Positions 1-8,701 of a DNA stretch of 28,963 nucleotides are shown here, piece after piece (the stretch's first letter is position 1; the number at the start of each line of letters is the position of its first letter). Location of the stretch: the NCBI GenBank assembly GCA_036918135.1, contig JBALDB010000043.1, forward strand, positions 1 through 28,963, read 5' to 3'. Position numbers and translations under genes: made by a program. The notes under the pieces are model-generated. The model was not told the DNA's origin and did no database searches. It saw only the letters and a list, made by a program, of their open reading frames with translations. The DNA is from Nostoc sp. GTDB taxonomy: Bacteria; Cyanobacteriota; Cyanobacteriia; Cyanobacteriales; Nostocaceae.

Positions 1-107
1 TCGCTCAATCCCTCAAAACGTCCAGCCATCAACTGACACACCCAACTCAAATCAAAAGTAGATTCCCACAATCTTACATTAGTGGGATAGGTTCATGAGA
101 CATTCTC
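1..107 (-). mobile_element. Left end of an IS5-family-like insertion sequence, with the transposase start (ATG at 29) running off the window
   Basis: Minus strand from 29 reads MAGRFEGLS(D), matching my recollection of cyanobacterial IS5-type transposase N-termini. Putative terminal repeat GAGAATGTCTCATGAAC (minus strand, 107-91). The partner repeat is outside the window. Confidence 0.6.
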
Positions 108-135
108 AGATGAACAAAAAATAGCAGCCGCAGAA

Positions 136-444
136 ATGCTCAAAACAGTTGAACATTCTTATCTGTTAAAAAATAAACAGCAATCTGCTCAAGAAAGCTG
201 GTTGTTACAGGAACACGATGAACTTACTAAAGCTCGAACTATAGCTGAAGAGTCGCGGATTGTAGCTGAAATAGCCCAATTGAATGCAAAAAAAGCTTGG
301 GCTATGGCTGAACTAGCCCAATTAAATATGAAAACAGCTTGGGCTACGGCTAAACTAGCCCAATTAAATATGAAAACAGCTCGGGCTAGGGCTGAATTAG
401 TAATTTTGAAATATGATTCGTACAACCGAGAAATATCTAAATAA
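136..444 (+). CDS. Hypothetical protein or 3' fragment with 14-aa repeats, possibly truncated by the adjacent IS
   Basis: 102-aa ORF. The frame stays open upstream (DEQKIAAAE) into the putative IS end. Contains (AELAQLNMKTAWAx)-type repeats. Confidence 0.4.
   Translation: MLKTVEHSYLLKNKQQSAQESWLLQEHDELTKARTIAEESRIVAEIAQLNAKKAWAMAELAQLNMKTAWATAKLAQLNMKTARARAELVILKYDSYNREISK
265..400 (+). repeat. 42-bp tandem repeat, about 3.2 copies, coding
   Basis: Units start at 265, 307, 349 and 391. Consensus GCTGAACTAGCCCAATTAAATATGAAAACAGCTTGGGCTAnG. Confidence 0.9.
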
Positions 445-618
445 AATATTAGGTAAAAACGATAATAGAGATGTGCGATCGCGCTTTATGCTGCAATTTA
501 CTCCTGAAAACAGATCGCCATTTGCCAATAGCACTAAAAAGACAATACCAACGAAAAATAGGGATAAAATTTTTATCCCTAAAAAGTTGTGTATGATTTC
601 AAGAATAGCTAGAGAAAA

Positions 619-1167
619 CTACTGCTGTTCGGTTAAATGACTTTCTAACAAAGATGCGATCGCCTCTGGATGAATGTTCTTATATTTCTTTTTCCCAAGT
701 TGTAAAACACAGTTGGGGGCGCTGCTGCAACATTTTTGGCAACTAGTCTGTTCAATAGTAACTTTGTCTAACAAACCGCGATCGCACAAAGTTTTTTCTA
801 ATTCTGATAATAAGCCTTTACCGCCACGCTTGAGGCAACCCGACTTTTGGCACACCATAATCTTGGCTTGGGATTCGAGTGGCAAACTTTGAATTGGACA
901 ACCGCCAATTGGTGTTACTCGATAAGCTTTGATTTTTATTTCACCTGTGTGCGAGTCTAGCTGACTGTGAGCAAGAACGCGAATTTGCTCGCCAGCGACT
1001 AACGATGAACTTAGAGAACGACGTAAATCTTTTGGCAATTTAATTTGCATAGTTCCGTCTGGAACTGCCAATTGCAAATATTTATATTTCTTTGGTTCAG
1101 CACCAACAAAACCTAAAAACTGTCCCTCTAGGTTCAATTCTGATAACGTGAAATACTTGTTACTCAT
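619..1167 (-). CDS. Thioredoxin-like (2Fe-2S) ferredoxin domain protein downstream of nifT
   Basis: C-terminal VCQKSGCLKRGG...TSCQKCCSSAPN cysteine pattern. Position after nifVZT is typical of Nostocales. Confidence 0.8.
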   Translation of the reverse strand: MSNKYFTLSELNLEGQFLGFVGAEPKKYKYLQLAVPDGTMQIKLPKDLRRSLSSSLVAGEQIRVLAHSQLDSHTGEIKIKAYRVTPIGGCPIQSLPLESQAKIMVCQKSGCLKRGGKGLLSELEKTLCDRGLLDKVTIEQTSCQKCCSSAPNCVLQLGKKKYKNIHPEAIASLLESHLTEQQ

Positions 1168-1185
1168 GATTGATTAAAAGTTAGT

Positions 1186-1280
1186 TATTGGATATTGGGT
1201 ACTGGGTATTGAAAATTGGGTACTAGGTATTGAGGATTGGGTTAGGAAAACTCTTTCCCAGTCCCTAGTCCCCAGTCCCC
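1186..1280. repeat. STRR heptamer arrays (TATTGGG-type facing CCCAGTC-type), hairpin-forming
   Basis: tattggg tactggg tattgaa aattggg tactagg ... cccagtc cctagtc cccagtc. Confidence 0.8.
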
Positions 1281-1484
1281 TTATGCAAGCCGTTTAGCTT
1301 CCACAGTTTGCGGTAAATTGGCTACATCTGGTAATTCACGAAATTCTAATTCCCAGCCATTTGCTAAGGTGAGAATTTTACCTTCATTGCCATCAGTTTG
1401 TTTGACTACTTCTTCTTCTAGGTCTTTTTTAGCAACGTAGACTACTAAAGTGCCGGCATCATTCACGCGTAGCATTACTTTCAT
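1281..1484 (-). CDS. nifT: Nitrogen fixation protein NifT/FixU
   Basis: MKVMLRVNDAGTLVVYVAKKDLEEEVV...LANGWEL is the NifT signature. Start set at ATG 1484 after a GAGGAG RBS. Overlaps the end of nifZ. Confidence 0.93.
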   Translation of the reverse strand: MKVMLRVNDAGTLVVYVAKKDLEEEVVKQTDGNEGKILTLANGWELEFRELPDVANLPQTVEAKRLA

Positions 1485-1746
1485 GAGACTCCTCAACAGA
1501 TTCTATTTCTCTTTTCTTACAGCCGACGACAAACCCTGTTTCTATGAAATGCACAGCATAGATATAGGAACTCTGCAAATATGTACCTATACTTGCTATG
1601 TAACCAATATCTCCCTTGTTTGCTAAAACTTGGCCGACTTCTTTACCAGGAAACGTACCATCGTTTTTGATTAGTTTGCGAAGTCTAACTTTTTCACCAA
1701 TTTCAAAAGCGGGTGGTAAGTGTAGCTCTAATTCATCGCGTTGCAT
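1459..1746 (-). CDS. nifZ: Nitrogen fixation protein NifZ
   Basis: PPAFEIGEKVR...IKNDGTFPG...GTYLQ...YAVHF...VVGC NifZ motifs; lies between nifV and nifT. Confidence 0.95.
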   Translation of the reverse strand: MQRDELELHLPPAFEIGEKVRLRKLIKNDGTFPGKEVGQVLANKGDIGYIASIGTYLQSSYIYAVHFIETGFVVGCKKREIESVEESHESNATRE

Positions 1747-2866
1747 GAGAATACCTCTGTTCTCTGGCCAAATTCAACACTTCTTCGGTCGTGAGGCTGC
1801 GTTTTTTCTGTACTGACTGATGGCGCACTGCGTCTAAAACTGACTGGGTTTCTTGTGAGTTTAAGAAAATTCCATACTGTTGTAGTAAGTTGGAAACTAA
1901 ATGCCGACCAGAATGTTTACCTATTACTAAACGTCGTTCGCAACCCACCTCTTCGGGAGCAAATGGTTCGTAGGTGATCGGGTTTTGCAGGACGCCGTGA
2001 CCATGAATTCCGGATTCGTGAGCAAAGGTATTTTCACCAACGATCGCTTTCCAAGGTGGTACGTCCGCGCCTGATGCAGCAGCAACTAGTTGAGACAGTT
2101 CCAATAAACCGGAAGTTTCAATACCCAAATTAACGCCGTAGATGCGTTTGATTGCCATGACAACCTCTTCTAGGGCTGCATTTCCGGCTCTTTCACCCAA
2201 GCCGTTGACTGTGGTATTCACAGATGTGGCACCAGCTTTGATCCCAGCAAGGGCGTTGGCGGTTGCTAGACCAAAATCATTGTGGGTGTGGATTTCTAGG
2301 GGAATCGTCAAAGCGGAAACTAGTTGCTTCACCTTTGTGTAGGTGGTAAACGGGTCGAGAACTCCTACGGTATCGCAGAAGCGGAAGCGGGATGCACCCC
2401 ATTCTTGGGCGGAAAGCGCTACATCTAAGAGGAAGTTTTCATCAGCTCTGGAAGAATCTTCTCCCCCGACTGCTACCCAAAGACCGCGATCGACGGCGAA
2501 GCTGATGGAGTCTTTGAGTTTTTGGAGACTTACCCGCCACTGACCGTGAAATTTAGTGGCAATTTGAATACCAGAGACGGGAATGGCAATATGCACTCGA
2601 TTGAGGCCGCAGGCGATAGAAGCCTTAATATCTGAGATGACAGCGCGGTTCCACCCTAAGAGTTTTGCTTGCAAACCTAAGTTAGAAATTGCAGAAATTG
2701 CCCGTGTTTCTTCCTCACCCATTGCTGGTATCCCAACTTCTAATTCCGGGATACCAATGGCGTCGAGAAATTTGGCGATCGCTACTTTTTCTTTTAAGTT
2801 GAAAGCAACACCGGCCGCTTGTTCGCCATCACGCAATGTAGTGTCATTAATTATGATTTGATTCAT
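1733..2866 (-). CDS. nifV: Homocitrate synthase
   Basis: [27 protein letters not shown] and GKHSG motifs; 377 aa; nif context. Confidence 0.96.
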   Translation of the reverse strand: MNQIIINDTTLRDGEQAAGVAFNLKEKVAIAKFLDAIGIPELEVGIPAMGEEETRAISAISNLGLQAKLLGWNRAVISDIKASIACGLNRVHIAIPVSGIQIATKFHGQWRVSLQKLKDSISFAVDRGLWVAVGGEDSSRADENFLLDVALSAQEWGASRFRFCDTVGVLDPFTTYTKVKQLVSALTIPLEIHTHNDFGLATANALAGIKAGATSVNTTVNGLGERAGNAALEEVVMAIKRIYGVNLGIETSGLLELSQLVAAASGADVPPWKAIVGENTFAHESGIHGHGVLQNPITYEPFAPEEVGCERRLVIGKHSGRHLVSNLLQQYGIFLNSQETQSVLDAVRHQSVQKKRSLTTEEVLNLAREQRYSHATR

Positions 2867-2914
2867 TGCAAATATCCCTCTCTTGGAAGTATTCTTAATA
2901 TTCTTTCTCTCGGA

Positions 2915-3042
2915 AGAATTCAGTCATCAGGAGTCAGAAGTCAGAATTTCTCAAGAATCTAGTAAGATTAGTATATTTATTTATCAAATCTTCTCCTAAT
3001 TCTTTAACTATTCTGAGTTCTGAATTCGGAATCCTGAATTCT
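2915..3042. repeat. Degenerate heptamer arrays (GAGTCAG / TTCTGAA type) in inverted arrangement upstream of nifV
   Basis: aattcag...gagtcag aagtcag aat versus ttctgag ttctgaa ttcggaa tcctgaa. Confidence 0.6.
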
Positions 3043-3351
3043 TTCTCTCTACAATTTTTAGTGATGGTAAATGCTAAAAATATCACAATATATATTTAGG
3101 ATAGATGATCCTCAATTATTGCTCAATTAGCAACATCACATCTGTATGACAAAGAACCAAAAACTGGTATAATTCCTAATCTTTTTTACTGATGTTGCAG
3201 GAAATTTGTCCGAGTAACAACGAACTAATATAGCTATTAGCGTATCCGGAAAAAACTAAAACACAGAATCCAGCAATTAAACTAGTAATCATCTCAGTCA
3301 CCTCATATTTTTTAGAGCATTGGTGTGTAGTGTAGTCCAGCTACAAATTAG

Positions 3352-3549
3352 CTAACCTTGTTCTGCTAACCAGTCAAAAATCTGTTCTAACTGTTCTAAG
3401 TTAACCAAACCATACTGCCAGAGAAGCATCGGTAAGGGGCCATTTTCTAACTCACGGTGTCGTAGCGCTACAGCAATATCCGCATTTGAAAGTTCAAGTT
3501 CATGGTGCAAAAAGTTGAGGAATTTAATATCTCTGTTACGAGTTGGCAT
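3352..3549 (-). CDS. DUF2949-family small protein
   Basis: FLHHELELS...IAVALR...GPLPMLLWQYGLVNLEQLEQIFDWL, the cyanobacterial DUF2949 pattern. Confidence 0.88.
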   Translation of the reverse strand: MPTRNRDIKFLNFLHHELELSNADIAVALRHRELENGPLPMLLWQYGLVNLEQLEQIFDWLAEQG

Positions 3550-3810
3550 AGTCGAACTTTCAATTTCTTCAGTTAGGAAAGAAGTAAAAATCGGAAATTC
3601 CTATTTTGGGTATGGGGAGATAGGAGAATTCTCTTGTATTTCCGGCATCCTGTAGGAATTCTTCTCAGTTTGCAATAGAATTTGCTAGCAGACAGTAACT
3701 TCAACTTCTAAACCTCTTCAATATTTATGCATCCCTACAAAGAGCCATGCTTGTGTGATGAATTCAGGATTAATATTGTCTAGATTCGGTCTTTCAACAA
3801 TATTTAGGAT

Positions 3811-4056
3811 TTAGCACTCATCACTGTAAGACCAGCAACGCTCTAGCCAATCGATTAATTCATGACGAGAAGCCAGAAATTGCATAACTGTACTACGAAT
3901 CAGAATCGCTTCTAGCAAATTGTTCACTTGCACCCGTAAAGAACCATCGGGAAGACAGGAACTTTTAATCTTTAATTCTTGCAAACGGTAATAGATTCGC
4001 CAGCGATCGCTCAAAGGAATCTGCAATACTTGATCGTCTAAAGTGTTATTTGTCAT
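3811..4056 (-). CDS. Asr1405/Asl0597-family protein, 81 aa
   Basis: DRWRIYYRLQELKI...L.V.V....A...S.....SRHELIDWLERCW. The longer ORF (to 4197) runs through repeat DNA, so the start is set at ATG 4056. Confidence 0.82.
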   Translation of the reverse strand: MTNNTLDDQVLQIPLSDRWRIYYRLQELKIKSSCLPDGSLRVQVNNLLEAILIRSTVMQFLASRHELIDWLERCWSYSDEC

Positions 4057-4256
4057 TTGTCCTTTGTCCTCTCTTACAAAGTTCCGATGCCTGCGGCAAC
4101 CCCTTTGGTGTACGCTGGAAGCCGACGCACCCTGCGGGAAGCCGCAGAAGCGTCTACAGACTTTGCGCTTTATCATTTGTCCTTTGTCTTTTGTCATTTG
4201 TCAGTTGTCCTTTGCAAATGACCAATGACGAATGACCAATGACTAATGACCAATAA
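4047..4256. repeat. STRR arrays (TTTGTCA/TTTGTCC and inverted TGACCAA) with small dispersed repeats inserted at ~4084-4160
   Basis: tttgtca tttgtcc tttgtcc ... tttgtcc tttgtct tttgtca tttgtca ... tgaccaa tgacgaa tgaccaa tgactaa. Confidence 0.85.
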
Positions 4257-5018
4257 CTACTGAGCCTTAACTCCTGATTCCTGAGTTCTGACTTCTAAAG
4301 TTTGCAGTTGTTTTTCTAGTTCCTCAATACGTGAGAGCAAAGAACGAATCACGCTTGCTTCGACATCGGGTAGTTTTCCATGTTCTAAAGGAGAAAGGCT
4401 GGCGCTTTGATTGCGAGAAATAATTCGACCAGGAACTCCGACTACAGTACAATCGCTGGGGACATTCCGCAAAACAATCGAACCTGCGCCAATCCGAACG
4501 CGATCGCCAATTTGCAGATTACCTAAAACTTTTGCACCCGCACCCACTACAACATTTTTACCGACTGTGGGATGACGCTTACCGCTTTCTTTACCAGTTC
4601 CGCCAAGGGTGACGCCTTGATAAATCAGTGTGTAGTCTCCGACGATTGCAGTTTCGCCAATCACAACCCCCATTCCGTGGTCGATAAATACACCCTGACC
4701 AATTTCTGCACCAGGATGAATTTCAATTCCGGTTAAAAATCTCCCCAAGTGAGAAATTAAACGGGGAATAAAACCCACTCCTCGACAATGTAACCAGTGA
4801 GCAAGACGATGTAAACACAGTGCGTGCAATCCAGGATAGCAAAACACAACTTCTAGCCAATTGCGTGCTGCTGGGTCGCGCTCAAAGATAATGCGAAAAT
4901 CACTCAATAATGGCTCAAAAAAAACTCCAGAGAGTAATGTCTTGAGCAAGGATTTCTGTTTTAAATCCTCTTTTTTTAGACTTTGAGGATTTGTAATTCT
5001 GTCTAAAGACTGTTGCAT
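4257..5018 (-). CDS. nifP: Serine O-acetyltransferase (NifP/CysE)
   Basis: [31 protein letters not shown] and KRHPTVG hexapeptide-repeat motifs; heads the nifP-V-Z-T unit. Confidence 0.95.
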   Translation of the reverse strand: MQQSLDRITNPQSLKKEDLKQKSLLKTLLSGVFFEPLLSDFRIIFERDPAARNWLEVVFCYPGLHALCLHRLAHWLHCRGVGFIPRLISHLGRFLTGIEIHPGAEIGQGVFIDHGMGVVIGETAIVGDYTLIYQGVTLGGTGKESGKRHPTVGKNVVVGAGAKVLGNLQIGDRVRIGAGSIVLRNVPSDCTVVGVPGRIISRNQSASLSPLEHGKLPDVEASVIRSLLSRIEELEKQLQTLEVRTQESGVKAQ

Positions 5019-5059
5019 CGTTACTCTCTATCTGGTTACAAGAGCCATGTACTATTTTT

Positions 5060-5342
5060 ATGCTTATATCAGGCGACTTCCAACTCGATAGACAACCGAA
5101 TGCAGATTGGATTTATTGGATTTATTAAGGTTGTACTCAAACGCCAAAAACCCCACTTAAGATAAATTTAAAATTTATTTTGGGGTAGGGGTGCTAGTGT
5201 TTAACGACAGGGGTACTGGTATTTTTGGGGCAGGGTTTAAGAATTTCTGTACTCGCTACAAGAAACTTTACCTGTAAGACTTTGCAAAGATTTATTCCAG
5301 ATATTTTGCAATTTATTAAGCTGTACTCAAATGCACTCAAAC
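5060..5342 (-). promoter_or_regulatory. nifP promoter region: three (T/C)GAGTACA boxes and an extended -10 (TGATATAA), probable CnfR-type promoter
   Basis: Boxes at 5322-5329, 5248-5255 and 5132-5139; TGATATAA at 5071-5064 (minus strand). Collinear with the nifB upstream region. Confidence 0.75.
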
Positions 5343-5690
5343 AGAGGTTAGATGAAAATAAAAGTCAAATTTCTGTATATCGTATTACTATTAGTATCTT
5401 ATTATTTGGTTTGACAAAAAACAAGTTTCTTTATTTTCTTTTATGATTTAGTGTCTGTGTGTATGTATACGTTTCCAAATATTGCCATCGCTCATGACAG
5501 ATGTTTTCTTATTATATAGATGTGTGGAAATAGTCAACACAAAATCTCGCAACAGGATAGTAAGTAGATATTCTCATCACAATTGAATAATCACTGATTG
5601 CTATCAGGGCGTAAAGCTGCGCCACACTACCCAAGAAACTTATAGAGGCTCATTAAAAGACTCATAAATAAAAAAACATTCAACTTTGAT

Positions 5691-5748
5691 TGTGGGATGG
5701 GCGTCTCACGCGTCCGTAAAAAAGGGCGGACAAGATGTCCACCCCACA
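5691..5748. repeat. REP-like imperfect palindrome
   Basis: TGTGGGATGGGCGTCT...CGTCC / GGGCGGACAAGATGTCCACCCCACA arms; resembles a common Nostocales repeat type. Confidence 0.75.
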
Positions 5749-5778
5749 GGTAGTAGTAATTCATTTCTTAGTAATCTC

Positions 5779-6030
5779 TTAATGGAGTTCAAAGCCTCAT
5801 TAACGAAGTTCAAAGCCTCATTAATGGAGTTCAAAGGCTCATTAATGGAGTTCAAAGCCTCATTAACGGAGTTCAAAGCCTCATTAATGGAGTTCAAAGG
5901 CTCATTAATGGAGTTCAAAGGCTCATTAATGGAGTTCAAAGGCTCATTAATGGAGTTCAAAGGCTCATTAATGGAGTTCAAAGACTCATTAATGGAGTTC
6001 AGAGGCTCATTAATGGAGTTCAAAGCCTCA
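5779..6030. repeat. 21-bp tandem repeat x12 (TTAATGGAGTTCAAAG[G/C]CTCA)
   Basis: 252 bp is exactly 12 units with no spacers. The last unit supplies the TGA stop of the 6028-6504 gene. Confidence 0.97.
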
Positions 6031-6504
6031 AGAACCAGATGCAGTTTTAGTGGGTCTACCTTTGATAGCTTTAAAGCGTTCGCCCAACTGTTCAGCGACA
6101 GTCTTTAAGCCTGGAGTCTTTTTCGATGCAGTCTTCACATAATCATAAACAGTCAAACTGCTAGTCATAGCTTCACTACCAACTGCCATTAGAGTATCAT
6201 CTACCTGTTCGCTGAGTTGCTGGATTGAGATTAAAAGTTCAGTCAGCGCTGCGGCTAATTGATAATCCTGAACAAGTTCTTCAACATCAAAAGTGGCTGG
6301 AAGGATTTCGCGGTTCGACTGAGCAGCAGTGACGCTATTATTTACAAAGGCGAGGCTTTTGTCGCCCATTTTTACCAGCTTTCGCCGTTCTTCAGGGCTG
6401 AGAGTAACTAAAAAGGGGAGCTTTTGTTGAACTTTGTGTAGCGCAGCTTTAATTTCTTGGATATCTTGTGGAGAAAGGGAGGCTGTAATATTTTGATAGG
6501 CCAT
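6028..6504 (-). CDS. Conserved helical hypothetical protein, 158 aa
   Basis: Clean ORF with AAGG RBS. LPFLVTLSPEERRKLVKMGDKS...DDTLMAVGSEAM resembles a widespread uncharacterised family. Confidence 0.85.
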   Translation of the reverse strand: MAYQNITASLSPQDIQEIKAALHKVQQKLPFLVTLSPEERRKLVKMGDKSLAFVNNSVTAAQSNREILPATFDVEELVQDYQLAAALTELLISIQQLSEQVDDTLMAVGSEAMTSSLTVYDYVKTASKKTPGLKTVAEQLGERFKAIKGRPTKTASGS

Positions 6505-6595
6505 CGTATATTTACCTTGGGAGTTTGATTAATAAAGTAGCAATAGTTGCTAAGTATATAATTCCCATTTGGTAAGAGCGATCGCACATCATAAC

Positions 6596-7039
6596 CTATT
6601 TATTTATCTGTTTTAGCGCCGATGCTGAGGGATATTGACCAGATTCTATTAAAGCTTGTCGCTCTACAAGCCTTTCATCGCTGTTAAAATCTAGGATGCG
6701 TGCGGTGACTTCTCCAATTTCTGTTTGATATTGAATTAAAGCCTCATCTAGTCGAAAATGGTCACCCCAAAAGTCTCTGCGTGGGTTAAAAAACCGCACA
6801 AGTTCGCCCGTTTGCCAATTAATTGAGCCTAAATCCGTCCCTTTTTGCAGGTTACAGAAAATACAGGCATAGCAGAGATTATCTGCTGTTGTAGCGCCGC
6901 CGTGTTTAACGCTGATGATGTGGTCAACTTGACAACCAGAGGATCTATCTACCTCAGAAACGAGACAGTATTCACAAATATGCTCGGCGCGATCGGCAAC
7001 TAAACGCCGCAGTTCTGCATTAATATATGGACGAGACAT
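6596..7039 (-). CDS. HNH endonuclease
   Basis: CEYC...QVDHIISVKHGG...NLCYACIFCNLQKG zinc-knuckle/HNH motif, followed by FFNPRRD.W.DHF. Confidence 0.92.
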   Translation of the reverse strand: MSRPYINAELRRLVADRAEHICEYCLVSEVDRSSGCQVDHIISVKHGGATTADNLCYACIFCNLQKGTDLGSINWQTGELVRFFNPRRDFWGDHFRLDEALIQYQTEIGEVTARILDFNSDERLVERQALIESGQYPSASALKQINK

Positions 7040-7048
7040 TTTGAATAC

Positions 7049-7303
7049 TTACTGAGGGTTAATGTATGTACGAGCTTTTGCTTTTGCCAAAGTCATAATA
7101 TGCTCTAGCGTCAGGAAATAATCTAACTCTCGCTGGTCACTTCCAGTAAGACCTTCAGTTTTTGCGCGGTAAACGAGATCCTCCAAACGTTCTTTGGTGG
7201 CATCCGAGAGTTTGAAATCGATAACGCTTTGGGGAGTGGTTCCAGCAGCAATAAACTCTATAATTTCGTCGTAGACTTTGGCTGTATTTACAGATGTAGT
7301 CAT
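7049..7303 (-). CDS. Small hypothetical protein, probable partner (antitoxin-like) of the HNH nuclease
   Basis: 84 aa; GAGG RBS; ends 9 bp before the HNH start. Confidence 0.75.
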   Translation of the reverse strand: MTTSVNTAKVYDEIIEFIAAGTTPQSVIDFKLSDATKERLEDLVYRAKTEGLTGSDQRELDYFLTLEHIMTLAKAKARTYINPQ

Positions 7304-7335
7304 AAGATTACCTCTTTTTATTTAATTTTACTGAT

Positions 7336-7563
7336 TTACAACGCTACTTTTAAGGACTTTCCTAGTGTCTTAGGCTCCGGTAGAGGTTCACCATCAGCCA
7401 AAGATGATTCAATCAGCATTTCTAAAACTTCTTGAGCATTTTTAAAAGCTTCTTCATAAGTCTCTCCGTGAGTGTGACAAAACTCTCCCCATTCAGGAAG
7501 ACTGACAACAAAACACTCATCTTCATCAGACCACTGAATAATTATTGTGTACCGAGAATTCAT
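7336..7563 (-). CDS. hicB: HicB-family antitoxin (short form)
   Basis: YTIIIQWSDEDECFVVSLPEW...THGETYEEAFKNAQEVL...PLPEP; ATGA overlap with hicA. Confidence 0.9.
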   Translation of the reverse strand: MNSRYTIIIQWSDEDECFVVSLPEWGEFCHTHGETYEEAFKNAQEVLEMLIESSLADGEPLPEPKTLGKSLKVAL

Positions 7564-7787
7564 TCTTTTTCTTCCTCTTGAGCATTTTTAATTTCTTCTA
7601 ACCTTTGAAGTGCATTATTAACGTCTTTTTCTTGGTAAGGTTTAGCATCACTTCCATCTTTACCTGATATAGTAACTCTCCCAGTTAAAAGAGGATGATA
7701 CCAATTAGTGTGGCTACCTTTACCACTACGGAAGGTAAACCCTGCTTGCAGCAATAAGCTTTTGAGTTCTCTGATTTTCTTAGGCAT
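7560..7787 (-). CDS. hicA: HicA-family toxin (mRNA interferase)
   Basis: KIRELKSLLLQAGF...GKGSH..W.HP....VTISG, with the catalytic GSH histidine intact. Confidence 0.9.
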   Translation of the reverse strand: MPKKIRELKSLLLQAGFTFRSGKGSHTNWYHPLLTGRVTISGKDGSDAKPYQEKDVNNALQRLEEIKNAQEEEKE

Positions 7788-7840
7788 AGCCTCTGTTTAC
7801 ATTTCTACTCCTCTGATTTACCAATACTCTCTTTGCTTAT

Positions 7841-8065
7841 CTATGCAACTTCCAAAGATTTTCCTAGCGTCTTAGGTTCTGGGAGGGGTTCACCATCAGC
7901 TAAAGATGTTTCAATCAGCATTTCTAAAACTTCCTGAGCATTTTTTAGAGCTTCTTCATAAGTCTCTCCGTAAGTGCAAGGCTGCATTATATTAGTAAAA
8001 TCAGGCAACAAAACCACATAACATTGGTCTTCTTCTGACCATTGAATCACGATTGTATATTTCAT
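7841..8065 (-). CDS. hicB: Second HicB-family antitoxin
   Basis: MKYTIVIQWSEEDQCYVVLLPDF...GETYEEALKNAQEVLEML; C-terminal half nearly identical to 7336-7563. Confidence 0.88.
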   Translation of the reverse strand: MKYTIVIQWSEEDQCYVVLLPDFTNIMQPCTYGETYEEALKNAQEVLEMLIETSLADGEPLPEPKTLGKSLEVA

Positions 8066-8276
8066 TCTTCTGTCTCCTCGTCTTTTTTAATTTTATTTAG
8101 TTCTTCTAGTGCTTCATTAACTTGCTTTTCTAAATAAGTTTGGCATCGCTACCATCTTTGCCAGCAATAATAACTTTAGGCAATTACGGATGCATTCATT
8201 TACTGTGGCTACCCTTTGCTGGTTTATAAATAAACCCTGCTTGCAATAACAAGCTTTTGAGTTCTCTAATTTTCTT
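8062..8276 (-). pseudogene. hicA: hicA pseudogene
   Basis: Reads KKIRELKSLLLQAGFIYKPAKGSHSK*MHP*LPKVIIAGKDGSDAK, then a frameshift, then YLEKQVNEALEELNKIKKDEETEE*. No start codon. The ATGA overlap with hicB is retained. Confidence 0.88.
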
Positions 8277-8277
8277 C

Positions 8278-8526
8278 TTAACTTTGAGAATCTTGCTTGC
8301 TTTGATTTGCTTGCTCAATGCGTTGCTTAATTGCTTCTTCTGCAATGCGAATATTTTCTTCTATTGGCGTACCGTCTTCAGCTACCATTGGCCCGTACCA
8401 TGTTGCTTCTGAGTCAGGAGGATTACGGCGACTAAATAAGACACGAATAGCCTCATCATCATCTCGTTGTGCAAGTATATAGGCTTTTAATTCTTTGTTA
8501 GTCATTGCTTCAAAGTTCGGTTTCAT
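8278..8526 (-). CDS. Small cyanobacterial protein, DUF6887-like
   Basis: MKPNFEAMTNKELKAYILAQRDDDEA pattern; family name from memory. Confidence 0.7.
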   Translation of the reverse strand: MKPNFEAMTNKELKAYILAQRDDDEAIRVLFSRRNPPDSEATWYGPMVAEDGTPIEENIRIAEEAIKQRIEQANQSKQDSQS

Positions 8527-8701
8527 TCAAAAACCTCCAGAGTCCACTAGGGGGTACGATAATTTCAATATTCTCGCCTGCCAAAATATACACATCTCTA
8601 GTTTGGATTTGAAAACGAAACAGGTGAATATCTTTGTAAGTATTAGATAACATTTGGCAGACTCGTACACAGGCATGTGCTTGTTCATTGGTTGGGTTTA
8701 T
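8510..8701 (-). pseudogene. DUF6888-like small gene with ATA in place of the start codon (absent from the ORF track)
   Basis: 63-codon open frame INPTNEQAHACVRVCQMLSNTYKDIHLFRF...VYILAGENIEIIVPPSGLWRFLNETEL*. GAGGAA RBS 6 nt before the ATA. Overlaps the start of the DUF6887-like gene. Confidence 0.65.

Noticed and set aside
4057..4235. N-terminal extension of the asr1405-like ORF and the plus-strand ORFs 4043-4228 and 4050-4235
   Set aside because: These are translations of STRR and dispersed-repeat DNA.
5375..5388. NtcA box GTA-N8-TAC upstream of nifP
   Set aside because: It matches the consensus, but only six positions are fixed in AT-rich DNA, it lies ~300 bp from the predicted -10, and I saw no counterpart in the homologous nifB promoter.
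5779..6030. Possible CRISPR array
   Set aside because: The units are contiguous 21-mers with no unique spacers, and there are no cas genes.
5686..6108. ORFs 5686-6108 (+) and 5706-6023 (-) as stand-alone genes
   Set aside because: They are open mainly because the repeat unit lacks stops in those frames, and I saw no clear RBS. Kept only as a hypothesis in the findings.
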